IMG/VR virus record: IMGVR_UViG_3300033148_005162
Location: 1-50,219 of that record
Length of the DNA: 50,219 nt
Strand: one strand, 5' to 3'
DNA from: a virus
Taxonomy: Duplodnaviria > Caudoviricetes
The notes beneath the pieces are model-generated. The model was not told the DNA's origin. It saw only the letters and a list, made by a program, of their open reading frames with translations, and ran no database searches. The position numbers were made by a program, and so were the translations under genes. Below are positions 47,812 through 50,219 of this stretch, piece by piece (the stretch's first letter is position 1; every line of letters starts with the position of its first letter).

Positions 47812-48168
47812 TTAACTAATTAATTCCTCCAATTTTATATTTAGATTTTCTAAACGTCCTTCCGTATCCTGTATCAAGCTAACATATAAACCCTTAACGT
47901 TTTCGCTATTTGCTGTACTAGCCGCTAGTTTGTATTTTTCTAGTAGATATTCCAATTTTTTTATTATATTATTTATTGATGTTATTTTTTTTTCTTTATC
48001 AAATTCATCGAACCAATATTCTAATGGAAAAATGAAAAATATTTCATTAGGAAAATCGTTCTTCCAAGCAAACAGCTGGTTTCTTGCATCAGTTAAATCC
48101 CCATATCCGTTATATACTGTTACATTGTGAGAATTTATTATCTCGTAATTTCGCTTTTGCTCTTTCAT
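47812..48168 (-). CDS. early hypothetical protein
   Basis: 118 aa, AGGAG SD. Confidence 0.7.
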   Translation of the reverse strand: MKEQKRNYEIINSHNVTVYNGYGDLTDARNQLFAWKNDFPNEIFFIFPLEYWFDEFDKEKKITSINNIIKKLEYLLEKYKLAASTANSENVKGLYVSLIQDTEGRLENLNIKLEELIS

Positions 48169-48186
48169 GATCGCTTCTCCTTTTGT

Positions 48187-48768
48187 TTAATCTTCCAGCA
48201 CTTTAGCTCTTGTATATTCACTCCATTCCTTTTTCATATCGGCAATCACAATCTTATAATCTTCACCAGATTCTAAGCGTTTGATTGCTTTTTTGCCAGC
48301 ACTGTACATGCCAACATTGCTGCTATTAATATAACTTTTCGCTTTTAGATATGCTGCTGCGGCCGGATATTTTTTACGGAGCTCATCTGAAGAGACTGGC
48401 GGTGCATAAGATTTGTAATTGCAATCCCCGCTATCCATCATGTGCTTAAATGAATTTCTGTTAAGATTTTCTGCATTAATCGCCGATTCAATCTCTTTTA
48501 AGCCAGGGAATAATGCATTTAACTTCTCCTCCCTAGCTTGGATATTCTCTGACAGGAAATCAATAACTTCTCTTTTTATTCTCTTTATTTCTTTTGGGAG
48601 TCTGCGCATTTCTTCATAGCGCTTCATTCCCTCATACTGATTGAGAGATAATATTATACAAGTTTCTCCATCAGTTTTTTCTATTTCGATCGCACAAAGA
48701 ATTTTATCTCTTTTTTCATGCGATTCTCTTGTAGCTCTCGCTTCTTCTATGGTTTTAAAAGTTTGCAT
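48187..48768 (-). CDS. early hypothetical protein (probable start MQTFK)
   Basis: AGGAGG SD precedes the internal ATG at 48768; helical. Confidence 0.7.
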   Translation of the reverse strand: MQTFKTIEEARATRESHEKRDKILCAIEIEKTDGETCIILSLNQYEGMKRYEEMRRLPKEIKRIKREVIDFLSENIQAREEKLNALFPGLKEIESAINAENLNRNSFKHMMDSGDCNYKSYAPPVSSDELRKKYPAAAAYLKAKSYINSSNVGMYSAGKKAIKRLESGEDYKIVIADMKKEWSEYTRAKVLED

Positions 48769-48862
48769 TTTAAATCCTCCTTTTTGCCGAACAGACATTT
48801 TCTCTACGAGGGAAGGTTTACCTGATGCTCAGGATGTGCAGCAGCTGAGCATTCAGGCTTTT

Positions 48863-49435
48863 TTATTTTGGTTTTCGTTCTTCTGTTCCCCACCGTATAA
48901 CAATTTCTTTTAATTTTTTACCGCTAAAATAATAGCGATACTCTGCCCTAGCGGAGGGAATTTTTTTTAATCTTCTTTCTGTTTCCCAAACTATTTGCCG
49001 AGTATCATCCGGCAAATTTTCTAGCTTGGGGAGCGGTGTATCATCATCCCGAATGGAATTGAATCTGAATCCGTCATTAAAGTCGGTCCATGGGCATAAA
49101 CCGACCATGTCTTGCCTATGAACCCTTGCCCCCTCTCGGGGGTAGGTGGAGGCGACAAGTTCACCTTTATAGGAGATGTTGCACCCCCCCTCGGTCCATA
49201 CTAATCTTTTCCATCCCTCATAAGGATTTCTTATGGGGATTTTTTTTCCCACCCAATTTCTTGCCTTGTTGGGTGGGAATGGGATTATTTCTGCTCTCCC
49301 ATCTTCGTCAAAATGGAGGAGAAAATAATCCTCCGTCTCTATGTTTTGATAAAGGCGGTCTTTCTTTTTGCAATCAACACCGCAAAGATTTGCCATTGTG
49401 GTGTCATACAATATTCCGTTCTCTGTTCTTTTCAT
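48863..49435 (-). CDS. early hypothetical protein, paralogue of join-spanning gene
   Basis: YKGELVASTYPREGARVHRQDMVGLCPWTDFNDGFRFN; AGGAG SD. Confidence 0.85.
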   Translation of the reverse strand: MKRTENGILYDTTMANLCGVDCKKKDRLYQNIETEDYFLLHFDEDGRAEIIPFPPNKARNWVGKKIPIRNPYEGWKRLVWTEGGCNISYKGELVASTYPREGARVHRQDMVGLCPWTDFNDGFRFNSIRDDDTPLPKLENLPDDTRQIVWETERRLKKIPSARAEYRYYFSGKKLKEIVIRWGTEERKPK

Positions 49436-49449
49436 AATTTTTTTCTCCT

Positions 49450-49635
49450 TTATCTATATATTATTTCTGCTCTATGGATACCTTTTTCGATTCCAATCGG
49501 TATCCTATACCTTCCAAATACTATCATTATTTTTCTCGGCATATACATAATATCCTTTGTGTAAATATATTTGGAAGTATTATAAAATGTCAACTCACCC
49601 TTTTCTGTTTTGCGTTTTTCAATTAATTTTTTCAT
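49450..49635 (-). CDS. 61-aa basic early protein (start MKKLIEK)
   Basis: GGAGGGAGG SD before ATG 49635; upstream extension would run through a terminator. Confidence 0.7.
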   Translation of the reverse strand: MKKLIEKRKTEKGELTFYNTSKYIYTKDIMYMPRKIMIVFGRYRIPIGIEKGIHRAEIIYR

Positions 49636-49655
49636 TTTCCTCCCTCCTTGCGGAT

Positions 49656-49698
49656 AAAAAAAACCCCCCACCCGGATATGATAATCCAGATGAGGGGG
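49656..49698 (-). terminator. intrinsic terminator
   Basis: Minus strand CCCCTCATCTGGAT-TATCAT-ATCCGGGTGGGGGG (14-bp stem with GU pairs) followed by U8. Confidence 0.8.
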
Positions 49699-49705
49699 AA
49701 ACAAT

Positions 49706-49978
49706 TTATTTTTCCGGATGCCAGTACCTATAAACATCCGACTTAATGAGGACGTCCCCGGATTGAACATCCTCTATGTAATACAGCGACTCGTCCCAAT
49801 TATAGCGGTCACTGTCCCCCGCCTTATCGGTGGGGATTAAATAATAGGCTATTACTGACCTATCATCAATGATCCCTTTTTCCTTCCAGATTTCTCCGGA
49901 GGGACGATAGGGATCATCTTTCCATACATCCACCAGCACGCAATCGCTGGTGGGATTATAACTTTTAATGTTGTTCAT
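49706..49978 (-). CDS. early hypothetical protein
   Basis: 90 aa, AAGGAG SD. Confidence 0.75.
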   Translation of the reverse strand: MNNIKSYNPTSDCVLVDVWKDDPYRPSGEIWKEKGIIDDRSVIAYYLIPTDKAGDSDRYNWDESLYYIEDVQSGDVLIKSDVYRYWHPEK

Positions 49979-50068
49979 TCTTTTTCTCCTTCTATTTTAT
50001 TGTACACTTTTCCATTTAAATACTTACGCCGGCAACTGGACACAGTCCAAGCTATCGGCTTTTTGATT

Positions 50069-50219
50069 TCATTTTAATTTTAATTCATAATACACTTTTT
50101 TTCCCTCCAGATATTTCCGGAGGTCACGACGGACATCGAGCTCTCCGCCGTGAATTACTATTTTGTTGATCTCCGTACCATCCCAAGAGAAATGGTACGT
50201 GATCTCAGGTAAACCGGTT
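50069..50219 (-). CDS. 3' part of join-spanning early gene
   Basis: ...GTEINKIVIHGGELDVRRDLRKYLEGKKVYYELKLK-TGA(50071-50069); total 654 nt. Confidence 0.85.
   Translation of the reverse strand, partial: TGLPEITYHFSWDGTEINKIVIHGGELDVRRDLRKYLEGKKVYYELKLK
50172..50219. repeat. 48-bp terminal direct repeat (copy 2)
   Basis: Identical to 1-48. Confidence 0.97.

Noticed and set aside
1256-49564. All plus-strand ORFs in the track
   Set aside because: They are antisense to well-supported minus-strand genes, with no recognisable motifs
49636-49770. N-terminal extension of ORF 49450..49770
   Set aside because: It overlaps the upstream gene and a terminator; a strong SD precedes ATG 49635

Overview
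The window is most likely a complete circular or circularly permuted genome (~50.17 kb) of an AT-rich tailed dsDNA phage of siphovirus type. The first and last 48 bp are identical, and a gene missed by the ORF track reads through the join. Essentially all credible genes are on the minus strand. In transcription order they are: a GC-richer early module behind a TTGACA-17-TATATT promoter; HTH regulators; a recombination and DNA-metabolism module (Cas4-like nuclease, Sak4-like ATPase, SSB-like, ERCC4, RHH protein, octamer repeat array, DinG-like helicase, PAPS-reductase-like, RusA); a ParB / methyltransferase / radical-SAM trio; terminases; head; tail; and lysis (GH108 endolysin). I see no integrase, polymerase, primase, tRNA or CRISPR array. 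The most unusual observations are: (1) four proteins in the virion module carry Sec-type signal peptides and dense D-S/T motifs resembling FCB-group O-glycosylation sequons, including a tail-fibre-like LamG protein with an S74-like C-terminus; (2) a single portal-MuF-ADP-ribosyltransferase fusion followed by a small unannotated ORF; (3) a ~164-aa non-intein insertion in the TerL nuclease domain; (4) a ~25-copy octamer array near an RHH gene; (5) a +1-type tail chaperone frameshift; (6) a diverged paralogue pair among the first early genes. All family assignments come from motif recognition by eye, not from database searches.
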